A stretch of 64,000 bases of DNA, taken from Monocercomonoides exilis PA203. Lineage: Eukaryota > Protista > Preaxostyla. The position numbers were made by a program, and so were the translations under genes. Where the stretch lies: the NCBI GenBank assembly GCA_001643675.2, contig LSRY02000062.1, positions 1-64,000 on the forward strand, read 5' to 3'. Numbering within the stretch: position 1 is the first letter of the stretch; each line of letters begins with the position of its first letter. Shown piece after piece: positions 1-12,400 of the stretch. The notes under the pieces were generated by a model, which worked only from the letters and a program-made list of their open reading frames with translations, did not search any database and was not told where the DNA came from.

Positions 1-405
1 ACGTTCAACTGCATACGTCAAAGTTTTGCACGGATTATCTTTGCTTCCACACTCATCTGTATCTAAAGAATTATTTTCAACATAAACACTTTCCAGTGGT
101 TGTGATGCGTTATTACGAACATTTCTATCACCATAAGAGAATGCTTCTTTAAATGAAGGTGACGGGAAATCAATATTGCAAAATTTTGAATTATTATCTG
201 TAATTTTTTCGTTTCTTTCCATTTGATAATTATTGCCAATCATATTCATAGCAGATATTGCTCCTTTGCATAAAGCATTTTCGGATATAAAATCATTATC
301 AGTTGTACCATTTTCAACAAAACATTTGCATAAAATGCAAATATTTACAAAAATATATGCAATATTTCTCCAAATACAATAAATATCATCACAAAATAAT
401 TTCAT
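1..405 (-). CDS. 5' part of a Cys-rich surface-protein-like gene, running off the left window edge
   Basis: Open from ATG at 405 to base 1 (135 codons, no stop, so absent from the ORF track). Hydrophobic/Cys N-terminus. Ends VYVENNSLDTDECGSKDNPCKTLTYAVER, the same YV..D..CG...PC.(T/S) module-start motif seen in the two large receptors. Confidence 0.6.
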   Translation of the reverse strand, partial: MKLFCDDIYCIWRNIAYIFVNICILCKCFVENGTTDNDFISENALCKGAISAMNMIGNNYQMERNEKITDNNSKFCNIDFPSPSFKEAFSYGDRNVRNNASQPLESVYVENNSLDTDECGSKDNPCKTLTYAVER

Positions 406-492
406 AAATAGCTCTTAAAGATCCATAAATCAAAATAATTTTAAAATAGAAAATAGAATATTTTTGTTTTGGGAAGGATTCCATTGTTTGTG

Positions 493-3400
493 ATGGCAGC
501 AGAAGAAGAAGCGCATCCGTGCTCATCGAAAGAGCTGAAAGCGTATGCAAGACCGATATTTGCGCGGGAGTGGGAGAAGTACTACCCCACCGTGGTGCTG
601 AAGGACTACGGGTTCGAGCGGGTGACGTGCAAGTGCGGGCACAACTATTGGCGCGCGTCGCCGGAGCGAACAGTTATGCGTTGCTGCTGTTAGTGTTTTT
701 GTGTTGAAGACTGTTTTTGGGGTGTTTTTGCGGGGGCCGTGTGATTTGTGTGATTTTTGTGTTTGTGTGTTTTGTGAATGTGTGCAGACATGCGGCGACA
801 GCAACTGCGAAGGGAAGTACGGGCACATCGGGGTGGGGTGCGGGATCGGGGCGCAGGGCCACAAGATCACGTATAAGGAAGCGTGGGAAGGGTTTAAGAG
901 GTGTGCAGGGCTGCAGCTGGGCAGCGTTTTATTTTTTTTTAATTAATTTCATCTCATCTCATTTCATTTCATTTTGATTTGGCTGTGGCTTTTGACTTTT
1001 GACTTGCAACTTGCGACTTGTGTGTTTCTGCTTTGGCGGGGTGTGGGTGATGCAGCTCGTTTGAGACGACGACGCCGCCGCATACAGCGATCAAGCGGTA
1101 TCCGGTGGTGGCGCGGTGGCGAGATGATGTGGACTATGTGGCAGCAGGGATCTATGCGTTCCAGCCGTACTGCGTGAGCGGGGAGCTGAAGCCGCCGGCA
1201 AACCCGCTGATCTGCCCGCAGTTCTGCCTGCGGTTCAACGACCTGGACTCGATCGGGATTTCGGGGCGGCACTACAGCGGGTTTGTGATGATTGGAATCC
1301 AGTCGTTCTATCCGCAGGAAGACACGGAGTACCCGCGGACGCGGCTGATTGAAAACAACCTGCGATGGCTGACGGAGACGCTGGGGATCCCGAAGGGGGA
1401 CATCACGTTTATCGAGGATGTGTGGGCTGGGGGCGGGAATCTGGGGCCGTGTGTGGAGTTCTTTGTGAAAGGGATTGAGGTGGGGAACATGGTGTTTATG
1501 GAGTTCAAGGCGGACATGGTGAAGAAGACGTGGGCGCCGCTACCGCTGCGGGTGATGGATGTGGGGATTGGGCTGGAGCGTATCCCGTTTCTGGTGAACG
1601 GGTCGAACACGTCGTACACGGATGTGTTTCCGGAGGCGCTGGCGTTTCTGAAGGAGAAGACGGGGGCGGAGGTGGATGCGAGTGTGTGGCGGAAGTTTGG
1701 GCCGTACAGCTGCCTGCTGAACATTGACGAGTGCGAGGACATCGACAAGACGTGGGCAGAGATTGCGGAGCGGCTGGGGATGGAAGTGAAGACGCTGCGG
1801 GAGGGAGTGGAGCTGGGACGGGATCTGATTGTGGTTGCGGACCACACGCGGACGTTTCTGGTGGCGATTGAGGACGGGTCGCTGCCGTCGTCGACGGGAG
1901 GAGGGTCGAATCTGCGGAGCCTGCTGCGGCGGGTGTTTGCGGTGCTGGGGAATCGGGGGTGGTGGGAGAAGATCGGCGGGGTGGAAGGGCTTTGCGAGCT
2001 GATGGCGATCCACCGGGAGACGCTGCGGGGGCTGTACGGGACATTCACAGAGAACCCGTCGCTGGAGAAAATTGTGCGGAAGGAGTATGAGAAGTGGCGG
2101 GACACAGACAACGATGCAGTGGGGCGGATTATTGCAGTGCAGAACGAGCGAGCGAAGGAGATTGAGCGGAGGGAAGGGGCAGCGAAGGGCAGCAGCTCGT
2201 CTTCTGCCTCTTCATCTGCTTCATCATCATCTTCTTCAGCTCCGGCTGGAGGGAAGGGAAGAAAGGCGGGGGAAAGGAGGAAAAGACGGGAAGGCGGTGA
2301 AGGATGTGGAGCTGACGGTGGAGGACTGGATCAAGCTGTCGACGACATACGGGGTGATGCCAGACCAGATAGCGAAAGTGACGGGGCAGCAGATCCCGCA
2401 GAACTACTACTCGGAGCTGGCGGAGATGAAGGAGAAGACGACGCGGCAGCTGTCGACGGGGTGAACGCGTATGCGGAGCAGATGAAAGGGGTGCCGGAGA
2501 CGAAGGAGCTGCTGTATGCGCGGCGGGAGGAGTCGGATCCGGCGGTGGAGAAGCCGATGGATCTGGAGGACCTGGGGTTTGAGGGGAGGTGCATCCGGGT
2601 GTTTGTGAACAACGAGACGCGGGAGAGGGACCTGGTGGTGCTGGACGAGACGCTGTTCTATCCGACGTCGGGCGGGCAGGAGAACGACACAGGGAAGCTG
2701 TGGATCGAGTTTGGGGGAGGAGAAGGGGAGGAAGAATGCTCGTCGAGTTCATCGAGTTCATCGAGCGATGAGAAATGCAAGTGCAAGTGCAAGTGCGGGA
2801 AGAGGAAGGGGAAAGAGTTTGCAGTGGTGGATGTGGTGAAGTGTGGGCACTGTGTGGCGCACCGGGTGGTGCCAGCGCTGACAGAGGCAGAGGCGTCGGC
2901 GATTGCGAAGGGGTGGGAGAGTGGGGCTGGAGCAGGGGCGGTGAAGGCGTATGGAGAGGTTGACCGGGCGCGGCGGTACCAGCTGGCGTGCCACCACACC
3001 GCGACGCATCTGGTGCATGCAGCAGCGCAGCATGTGCTGGGGCCGCATGTGTGGCAGGCGTCGGCGAAGAAGACGGTGAGCGGGGCGCACCTGGACATCA
3101 CGCACTTTGCAGCGCTGACGCGGGAGGAGGTGCGGGCGATCCAGGACCGGGCGAACGCGCTGGTGATGGCGCGGCTGCCGATCACGAAGCGGCACATGAA
3201 GAAGGAGGATGCAGAGCGGGAGCACGGGTTCTCGCTGTACCAGGGCGGGGTGGTGCCGGGGCTGAATGTGCGAGTGGTGAGCATGGGGGATGCAGACGTG
3301 GAGGCGTGCTGCGGGTCGCACCTGAACAACACGCAGGAGGTGCTGCTGATCCGGGTTGTGGGGGCGACGCGGGAAGGAGACGGGGCGGTGCGGCTGGAGT

Positions 3401-4215
3401 TTGTGGCGGGGCCGCGGGCGCGGGAGAGCTACGAGGAGCTGGACGAGCGGGACAGCCAGATCTGCAAGGCGTGGGCGACGACGCCGGCGGAGTTCTACTC
3501 GTGTGCGGTGAAGTTCTTTGATGCGTACAAGCTGTCGCTGACGCTGCTGCCGAAGTACCAGAACGAGATTGTGAAGCGGGCGTTTACTCGGTCGAATGCG
3601 GCGCTGACGCTGGTGGCGACGGCAGACTTCTCGAACCTGACGTGGTGCATTGCGCGTGCGCCAGTGGCAGCGAAGCGAGCGATCCGGGCAGCGCAGGAGC
3701 AGGCAGAGAAGGCAGAGAAAGAAAAAGGGGAGAAAGGGGCAGAGAGCAGCGAGGCATTCATTGGAAGTCCGAATGGGAAGTGGGGGGTTGTGTTTGTGGG
3801 GCCGACATATGTGTATGGGATCCTCGGCTGGGTGCCTCCCGCAACATCCTCATCCTCCTCCTCATCATCATCGGAATTGGAATCAGAGGAGATCACGATG
3901 GAAGGGCTGAAGGCAGTTGTGGATGCAGCCAATGCAGCAACTGAGCCAGCTGCTTCGTCATCACCCTCATCCTCGTCATCCTCGTCATCCTCATCAACTT
4001 CTCCAGCACCAGCAGGAGCGGCAGGTGGAGCAAAGAAGAAGGACAAGGCAGCGCCTTTGGTGGTGGAGGTGGGGAAAGGGAAGGCAGGGGTGAAGCAGGA
4101 GGAAGGGAAGCCGCTGCCGAACTGGACAGTGCAGCTGAAGTGTGTGTTGCTGCGATCGTGGCAGCCGGTGGTGGGGTACTTCGAGAAGCATGGGTTTGTG
4201 CAGCTGGATCTGTGA
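493..4215 (+). CDS. alaS: Alanyl-tRNA synthetase, archaeal type (exons 493-672, 788-900, 1056-4215)
   Basis: The spliced N-terminus gives CKCG..YW..TCGDSNC (archaeal-type Zn-like motif), then RYPVVARWRDD, FQP, PPANPL..PQFCLRFNDLD.IG..GRH, VWAGGGNLGP, DVGIGLER, ADHTRT, DETLFYPTSGGQENDTG, and editing motifs HHTATH and CCGSH. GT-AG introns at 673-787 and 901-1055 keep frame. About 2260-2460 reads correctly in the +1 frame. Confidence 0.95.
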
Positions 4216-4552
4216 TTGCAGCACAAAAGAGGGGAAAAATGAAGGAGGAAAGGCAGCAGATGTCCTTTTGAGAGTTTGAGAGTTGTTGGCTGACGAAGGG
4301 GCATGACTGGCCATAATTGCTTCGAATATTCATGTTTCTGCATTCATTCGTTGCTCTGTTGTTTCTCTCAGTACTTTTATTTCTTTATTTATTTATTTAA
4401 TTTTTTTTTATTCATCAATTATCAATCATAGTCATTAACGTAATCATAATAATTATTATCTTCTTTATCTTTGTCTTCCTTTTCTCGTTTTGTTTTTTAT
4501 GTTTGCCTTTGCCTTTGCTTTCACTTCTGCTCTGCGATGCTCTACTGAATGG

Positions 4553-6473
4553 GCATTGGCTGCACCCACAACACGCTGTACACTCTATTTAGCAAACATT
4601 CACTTTCTTTTCTTTCTCATTCTCTTATTATTGGTGGTGGTAGATGATTGGCCCACTTCTCTGTGCATTTATTGAGAAAATGACCAAAAGGTTCACCAAA
4701 AATTATTTGCAGATGGGAACAGACCTCCTCTCTTTTCTTAACCTTTGTCTGTTCAACCTCTCCTGTCGCTTCAATTTTCATTCTCACGTCAAATGTGGAG
4801 AATAACCATGAGCACAAAAAGCAGACAAGAAGGCATGGGAAAAAATAAAGTTCTTTGAAATCATTGTTTCATCAAAACTCTTTCGTTTTTTGTTTTGATT
4901 GTTCAGAATTGTGAAAAGATGCCAATGCTTTTATCGGAATGTTGTTGTGTACTAGCTGTGGCCCAAACGAACAAATTCAATGCCTTACTCCCCACATCTC
5001 CAAATTGTTGAAACTGTTTGAAATGACAACTCCTTTCAAAACAAAAAACAAAAAGTGAAATAAAAAGATAAAAAGAAAACAGAAGGGAAAACAGAAGCTT
5101 TCCATCTTTACCCATTGCAACACACCCAACAACCAAAAACAGGTGAAAGGCATCTGACTCTCTCAATGAAAGAGCCAATACCCCACAAAAACAAACAAAA
5201 ACATTCAAAGCTCAAATGCTTCTGTTTTCTTCTCTTCCCATCCAATCCCAAATGGTATCTTCACAAGCTCCACAAACACAAACACCAACCCCTCAAACAC
5301 TTTTCATCTCTCGCTCATCAAGCTCCAACTCCCATTCCCACTCCCATTGTTTGTTCCGTTTGTGTCTTCCTCAACATCCACAGCATCCGACACAGTCATG
5401 ACTAAACCTCCTGCCGGAAACCGCTGGATAAACTCTCGCTTCAGCCCAGCCAGCGTGGGCCGTTGTTCCGGAACTGCTGAAAGGCACTGGCCAACCACTG
5501 TGCTCAGACTTCCCGTGCTCTTCACATCCTTCCTCGGTCTCTCCCCATTCACAATCTTCTGCCCCGCCACCTCTGCCTCATACTCCCCAAACGGGATCTC
5601 CAGCGTCAAGCACTCCCACAGCATCATCCCAATCGAGAATGCCACCGACTCCTTCGTTGCTCCCATGTTTTTGTTGATCAACAACTCTGGCGCCTTCCAC
5701 CTCAAGCACTCCTTCCTGGAATCATCCTCATCCTCAAAAGCTGATGAAGGCAGAGAGTCATCATCATCATCACTTGCAGATGTCACAACTGTTGTTGATG
5801 AGATCGATGATGAAGTGTCTGAGTCTGATGAGCAGTCGGAGTGGAGGGCAATGCAGATCACCATGTGTTCTGAGAAAAGAACAATGTGAGGACTCAGATT
5901 GGCCAGTGAAGATAATCCGTTTTCCATCTCATCAAAGGAGTGAAGTGCAAGATTGGCCACCCAGAACAGGATCTGGGCAGCTGTCTGCTCTCTTTGTTGA
6001 AGACTTCCAATCGCCATCTCTTTCTTCTCATTCCTCCCATGAAGCAGCATGAACAGCGAATCCCTCAGATCCACAATCAATTTCTCATGAGGAGACGAAC
6101 AGGCCATTGCATCCACCAGATTAGACATAGATGAAGTGGTTGGGCACAGATCCTCCCCTCGAACAAATGTGGAATCTGAATCAGTTGTTGAAGTGGTTGA
6201 GGTGGATGGTGATGGAGTCTGTTTTCTAATTTCCTCTTCTTCAACCTTTTCCAATGCCCAATCTGGGATCTTGTCTGAGTCCTTTCCCAAGATGTATTCA
6301 GTTGAACCACTCTCGCTCAAAAGATACTCTTCAGACTCCGAATGCACCATCTCCTTTCCATTCATTCTCTTCTTGATCCTCTCTTCATTCTTCTTCTCTG
6401 CCTCTCTCTCTGCTCTCCTCCACTGCTCTTCAGGCGACATCTCCATCGTCACCATCTCAAAAGCCTTCGGATC
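4553..6473 (-). repeat. Left arm of a 1.9-kb inverted repeat (copy of 40206-42127)
   Basis: Reverse complement matches 40206-42127 wherever checked, with one homopolymer length difference (A5 near 5200 vs T6 near 41480). The ORF track shows identical mirror ORFs (5347-5889 / 40790-41332; 4617-4817 / 41863-42063). Near-identity extends to ~6512 / ~40167. Confidence 0.95.
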
Positions 6474-9400
6474 TTTTCTGATGTTATCATCAACAATCTC
6501 TCTCAGATCTTTATTCTCATTTTTAGCTTTTCTCCATCGAATAATAGATATGATCAATGCAATCAAAAGTATTACTACAATTACAACACACACAATCAAC
6601 ACCCATGAAAATTTTCCTCCTTTCCCACCTTCAGCAATTCTATCTTCTCCATCAACCTTGGGCTCACTTTTTATTTTTTGATGATGAACGACTCTGTCGA
6701 TGAAGGAGACTCTGCATTTCCAAAGAGGATGCACACTTTCACTTCTGTCTGCGCTGATGCTCCCGAAACAACAGACAACGGAATCTTCCCCACAGCTTCA
6801 TCCTCGCTCACATGCCCCGCCTCCTCAAATTCGAAACACTCAATCTGCTCAACATCTTCAACAACAACCACAACCCTGAACGACAGGTTGCACGGAATAA
6901 GGAGTGACCCCACAAATCTCACTCTCGCCTCTGACACATTTTCTGCTTCTGATGATTCTTCCACTCTCACCTCTCTCAGCGTGGGGATGAAGAACGAAGA
7001 GCCTCTGTCTTCTGTGATCCCCTTCACATTGCACCCTTCGTTCAGCATCCACATCGAGCTCCTCGCCCCCATCCCGTCTCCGCCCTTCACACTCACCACG
7101 TCCACTTCTCCCATCCCGCTGCACAAAATGTTCCTCCGATACGACGGATACTTCTCCATCCCTGCCAATGGCCTGTTCCCCTCAAACACCCCCTTCTCCA
7201 CAACAACACTCCCCCCAACCACTCCCATCCCTCCCTCTGCCCCATCCCTCACTGTCGTGTCTCTCACCACCCCCTTGCTCTCCACCAGCTCCACCAGCGA
7301 TCCATTCCATCTGCACATCTCATCCCCCTGTGCATTTCCCAGACTCTCTTTGTCCTTTCCCACTTTCCCCTCAAACAACGATCCCTCCACCACCAGCTCC
7401 CCACTCCCCTCAACACTCATGATCTGCCCCTTCCTTCCAGGCGTTGTGTTGTTGCCAAACGAACAGTTTGCAACCACCATCTCCACATCCTCCAATCTCG
7501 CCTCAACAGCACATGCCCCCTCTGTGCTTCGCCTGATGTTCCTCACAAAAGAGTGTGCCACCTTCACAGATCCTCCTTCCTTCACTCCCCTTCCCCTTCC
7601 CTCATCATCTTCACCATCATCGCCATCTCCAACACTCACAACAGAGCAGCCTCCACACACAACATCCCAACACTCCATTTCTTTCACTGTGACCTTTGCC
7701 CCTGTGCCGATCCACATCACCGACTCTCCCACATCCAGCTCCCTCGCCTCAAACCCAACAACTCCCACAACACTGCTCTCCTCAAACCGCATCAGTGCCT
7801 TTCTCCCACATATCCCCTCCACCCGCGACTCCCTCATCTCAAACCTCCCCGACACCACCCTCACCAGCGTGTGCTCCACCACAATCCCCTCTCCCTCTGA
7901 TGAAAACACTCCCCGCGAAATCGTGCAGCTCCCATTCAGCTCCACCACAAGACACTCATGTGCCGACCGGAATCCTCCCCGAAACACCATCCCCATGTTT
8001 TCCAGCCACACCTCCTCTGAGCATTCCACAACCCCCTCTGCCAACGGCTCCTGCTCCACCTCCTCCCGAAACACCACCTTCGCTCCTTCTGACCCATGCA
8101 GACTCTTCACTGCCACCGAGCATATCTGGCAGTCCTTCCTCAGCCCTGATTCTCTGTCGATCAGCACCTGGCTGTACGACGATGCCAGCACATGCGACAG
8201 CCCATAGTCCAGCGATCGGCATGGCAGTGTCGAGTTCCCACACGGCTTCGAGTCACTCCCTTCCCCATCTGCCCCGCACACGAAGATCAGCTCGCTCCGA
8301 TACACAACAATCAGCGGAATCAGATCCTCCTCTTTTTCCCCCTCTCCTCCCCAGATCGCATTCTCCCTGTCATATCGCGGCTCTCGCAGATCCAGCACAA
8401 ACTGCCTCTCGCTGATCTGAGACTCAATTTCCCAGCACCGCACATACACATCTCTCCCCACAAGCGCCTTGTTCTTCCCAAACTCCACATTCCCCAGCAC
8501 AAACCCCAGCGCTTCCCTCTCTTCCACCGTGCTCCTCAGATACACCCCTCCTCCTTTCCCCTCCACTGCCTCGCACCCCTCCACCACTGTGTCGTTCATC
8601 TCAAACCTCCCATCCACCGCAACTGCCACACACACCCCTCCCCACAGCTCTTGCTCCCTCCCGAGCACAGCTCAATCGTCGAGTTCCCAATCCCCACAAA
8701 CACCCCCTCCGATACTGACGATGACGCCACACTCGCCTCATCCTTCCTGTTCCTCACATTCCTCACTCTGCATCCCTCCAGCTCCATCCTCCTCCCATTC
8801 CTCTCCTTCTCGCTCTCCTCAAACACAAACAACGCACTTTCAGTCACAACATCACACACCTCGCACTTCACAATCCCCACATCTCCATCTTCCCCAGCCA
8901 CCAAGTGGAATCCCACCACACAATCCTTCTTCCCGCTGAACACACACTCCCTCACCTCCACCCACGCCCCTTCACCACACACACCTATCAGCGCCCTCTG
9001 CCCATTCGCAAGCCTTCCAGGAAGTGAGAAATTCACTCTCAAAAACGATGCTCCCTCTGCCGCAAACACCATCCCCTTCTCCTTCTCCACCACTTCCTCC
9101 ACTTCCATCACACTCATCTTATCCTCCCGATCCGACTCCACCCCAACCATCTTCAGAGTCGTTTCCCTCTCTGTCCAGCACATCTCTCCAACCACAATCC
9201 TCCTCATCCCCTCTCCCTCACTCGCTCCACCCCATACTCAAACGTCGAGCACCGAAATATCTCCTTCCCACACCCAATGTTGTTCACCCCCTCCTTCCCA
9301 TCCACATATACCACCTCCCCATAATACCCAGTGATGAACACAAACAGATCTTCCCCATCTCCAAAGTGCACCCCATCCACCCCAACAAGCGAATTCTTCC

Positions 9401-12400
9401 GCTCATCTTCTCCAATCTCCTTCGCAAACCCAAACGATGTCTCATTCACCACCTCTGTCAGATCCGCACACTTCACAAACATGTCTCGCCCAACCCAGGC
9501 ATCATTCCCTTCAAACTCCATCTCTTCAAACAACACTCCACTCCCTTCCCCTTGCAACTCAACACACACAAACCCTCCTTTACCTCTCTCCACTGCTTCG
9601 CACGCACATCCCTTCGCTTTTGTCTCCACTCCCACCACTTCAAGCATCCCTCCCTCCCCCAGCACCATCCCAATCGCGCCTCCCTCTGAGCTCAACTCCG
9701 ACCTCACCCCTTCAAACAGACATCCATCAGCAACAACCACAACATTCAATCCCACCCTCGAAGACACAATGCATGCCTCATTTGTGTCTTCAAGCACAAC
9801 CCCCCTGAATTGGGTGCCATTCATCTTCACAACAGTCCCAGCCGAATTTCCTCTCCCATTCTCATCACCTCCCTCTTCTGCTTCCAATCCAAACAGAGCA
9901 TGCCCTTTCAGCTCCGCATTCACAAACTCGTCTTCCAAAAGCCTTATTTCACTGCTCCCACAAAACTCAAATGGCTGCCTCTCAAATCGCATGTCAGTGA
10001 TCATGCACTCTTCCATCTCCATCATTCCTCCCCCAACCACAACCAGGGCATATGTCAGTCCACCTCCACCAACACACCCAAAGCTGCAATCTGCCAGCGT
10101 CAACATCCCACCCTCTGATCCAGAGGATTCAATCGCACACCTCACAGGAACAGAAAAGGATGGTGGCATCCGAAACTCCATCCTCGAAAACCCTGCCTCT
10201 CCATTGTTCCACACAATGCTCTTGATTCCTTCTCCAATTGTCATTTCCTGCTCAGTGTGATCTCCGATCTTCCTTCCTCCTTCACTCCCTCAACTGTGAA
10301 TCCTGACATATCATACCAATCGCATATCCTTGCCTTGTCTCGGATCTTCAGCCCTTTCCTCTCTCCCCCTCTCTTCACATTCTCATATCCTCTCCAGAAC
10401 GATTCGCACGGATACACTCCATCCCCACACCCAACAACATCCACCCCATCCTCCGATATCTCAATCACCTCCGAATACCGCTGCTCAAGGAAATACCCCA
10501 GATCCACAGCATTCTCAGAAAACAGCCCACTGTCAGTCCCTGCCAGGTCAACACCCAAACCCTCAGCATTCTCAATCTCAAATACCCGCTCACTCGAAAC
10601 AGACACATTCAGGTCTCCGCACAGAACAAACACATCTCTTCCCCATCTCGCCTGGTTTCCTCCGACTGTCACATTCCCCACACTGAAGTTGTTCGTGCTG
10701 CTTTCATCCACCCCAATAAACACCCCTCCTCCCCTCCCGCCTGTCTCCTCCACCAAGCATCCCTTCACCTCTGAACTCTTGATCTGAAATGACCCTCTTC
10801 CTGCAATCTCAGCAAGCACTCCACCTCCTCTCCCCTCTGCACTCCCGCAACTGCATCCCTCCACTGTGCAGTTCTCAAACACAACACTCCTCCCTTCACC
10901 CACCCTGCTCCCAACAACTGTCCCATGCCCCACTGCTCGGGTCACAGATGAGTATGTTGTGTTCACTGATTCAAATGTGCTCCCTGCCTCCACAAACGAG
11001 GCATCCCCCATCCCAAACCCGCTGACATCACACATCTGAAGTGTGATCCCTCCTCCAATGGCACACAGACGCGTCTTCGAGAATGGCTCCAGCCCCTGAC
11101 TGTCTTTTCCAGCAAGGATGCACCCGCTCAGCTCAAGCGAGCTCCCCCCATCACTCACAAGAAACAGGCATCCTACCCGGTTGCGCTCCCTCAGCCCATC
11201 ATCCACAATCTTCATATCCATCAGCTTCGCCTCACCCCCACTGATCACAACAAGCGCACTTTCTGCCTCTCCAAGCTCTGCTCGTATCACTGTCGCCTCT
11301 TTCCCTTCTCCTCTCCCTGTGACATTTCCTCCTCTGACTTCAACCTCCCCTGACACAAACTCCCCTTCCTTGATCCTCATTTCCATCGACTCCTCTGCTG
11401 CTCGTTTCACCCCTTGCTTCACGGTCAGGCAGTTGAACGAGTCTTGCTCGCTCTTCCCACACCCATCCCAATCAAACCCATTCACTGCCACAACTATCAC
11501 AGAAAGTGTGCTCAGAGGGTCTTTCAGATATTCCTTTGTTTCATCTGGATTCGCCCATTCAAACACTGTTCGTGGCTGTTCGCTCAAAGAATAACACTCA
11601 CTCATCGTCAATGTTAGCTTTCCATTCCAGCTACCATTCACATATATGTCGTTTCCTTGTGTTCCTGCACTGTTATTAAAAAACACGCAATAAAGTATCG
11701 TTGATGTTAATGTTTCTTCTTGAGACCGATCAAAACGAATTGCTCCACCATTTGTCTTTGCTCTATTCGATAAAAAGTGGCATGACAAAAGTGAAAAATC
11801 ATTTGTCATACGATAAATATTTAAAGCTCCTGAGTAATGATTTGTTGCCTGATTGTTTAAAAAATCACATTCAGATATTTCACATCTAATGTGATTATAT
11901 AACTCTCCAGCTCCATGCCCTCTTGATTCGCATTCAACGAATTTGCACTTTTCCATTATTAGGCTATTTGTCCCTCTCGAATCGAATGCTCCTGATGCCT
12001 CGTATGCGCTGCATAAATGGAATGTCGTGTTTTCGGATGTCCAAGTACCGGTTCCCTCATTTCGCACTGCAGCTGCTCTTGAAGAAGATCCCGTTAATCG
12101 ACAACTCTCAAACAGGCAGTTCTTCAATGTTAGCGTTGCGTTTCCTGAAAGTAATATTGCTCCCCCTGAAATTTCGCTCGAGCTTTGATATGAGAATGTT
12201 GTATCCTCAAACAGCTTTTCTTCTGTATCGAATGTGTGCCTCTCTGATTCCGCAGAGCACTCCATGAATGAGGAGTTGAAACAGAACAGCGGACAGGAAG
12301 CACCGTCAACAACACATCCCATGAAAGGATTCTGCACCTGTCTGCAGTTTATCGAATCCATTATGCAGTTCTTGTCTGGTGCACCAGCTGTTCCACTCTC

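Noticed and set aside
1308-4343. Minus-strand and alternate-frame ORFs over AlaRS
   Set aside because: Shadow ORFs caused by GC-rich codon bias; only the 3' half of 2072-2464 is meaningful.
6678-11594. Long plus-strand Ser/Pro/Thr-rich ORFs (e.g. 6678-8207, 8192-9334, 9331-10260)
   Set aside because: Antisense shadows of the G-rich minus-strand receptor gene, with no independent motifs.
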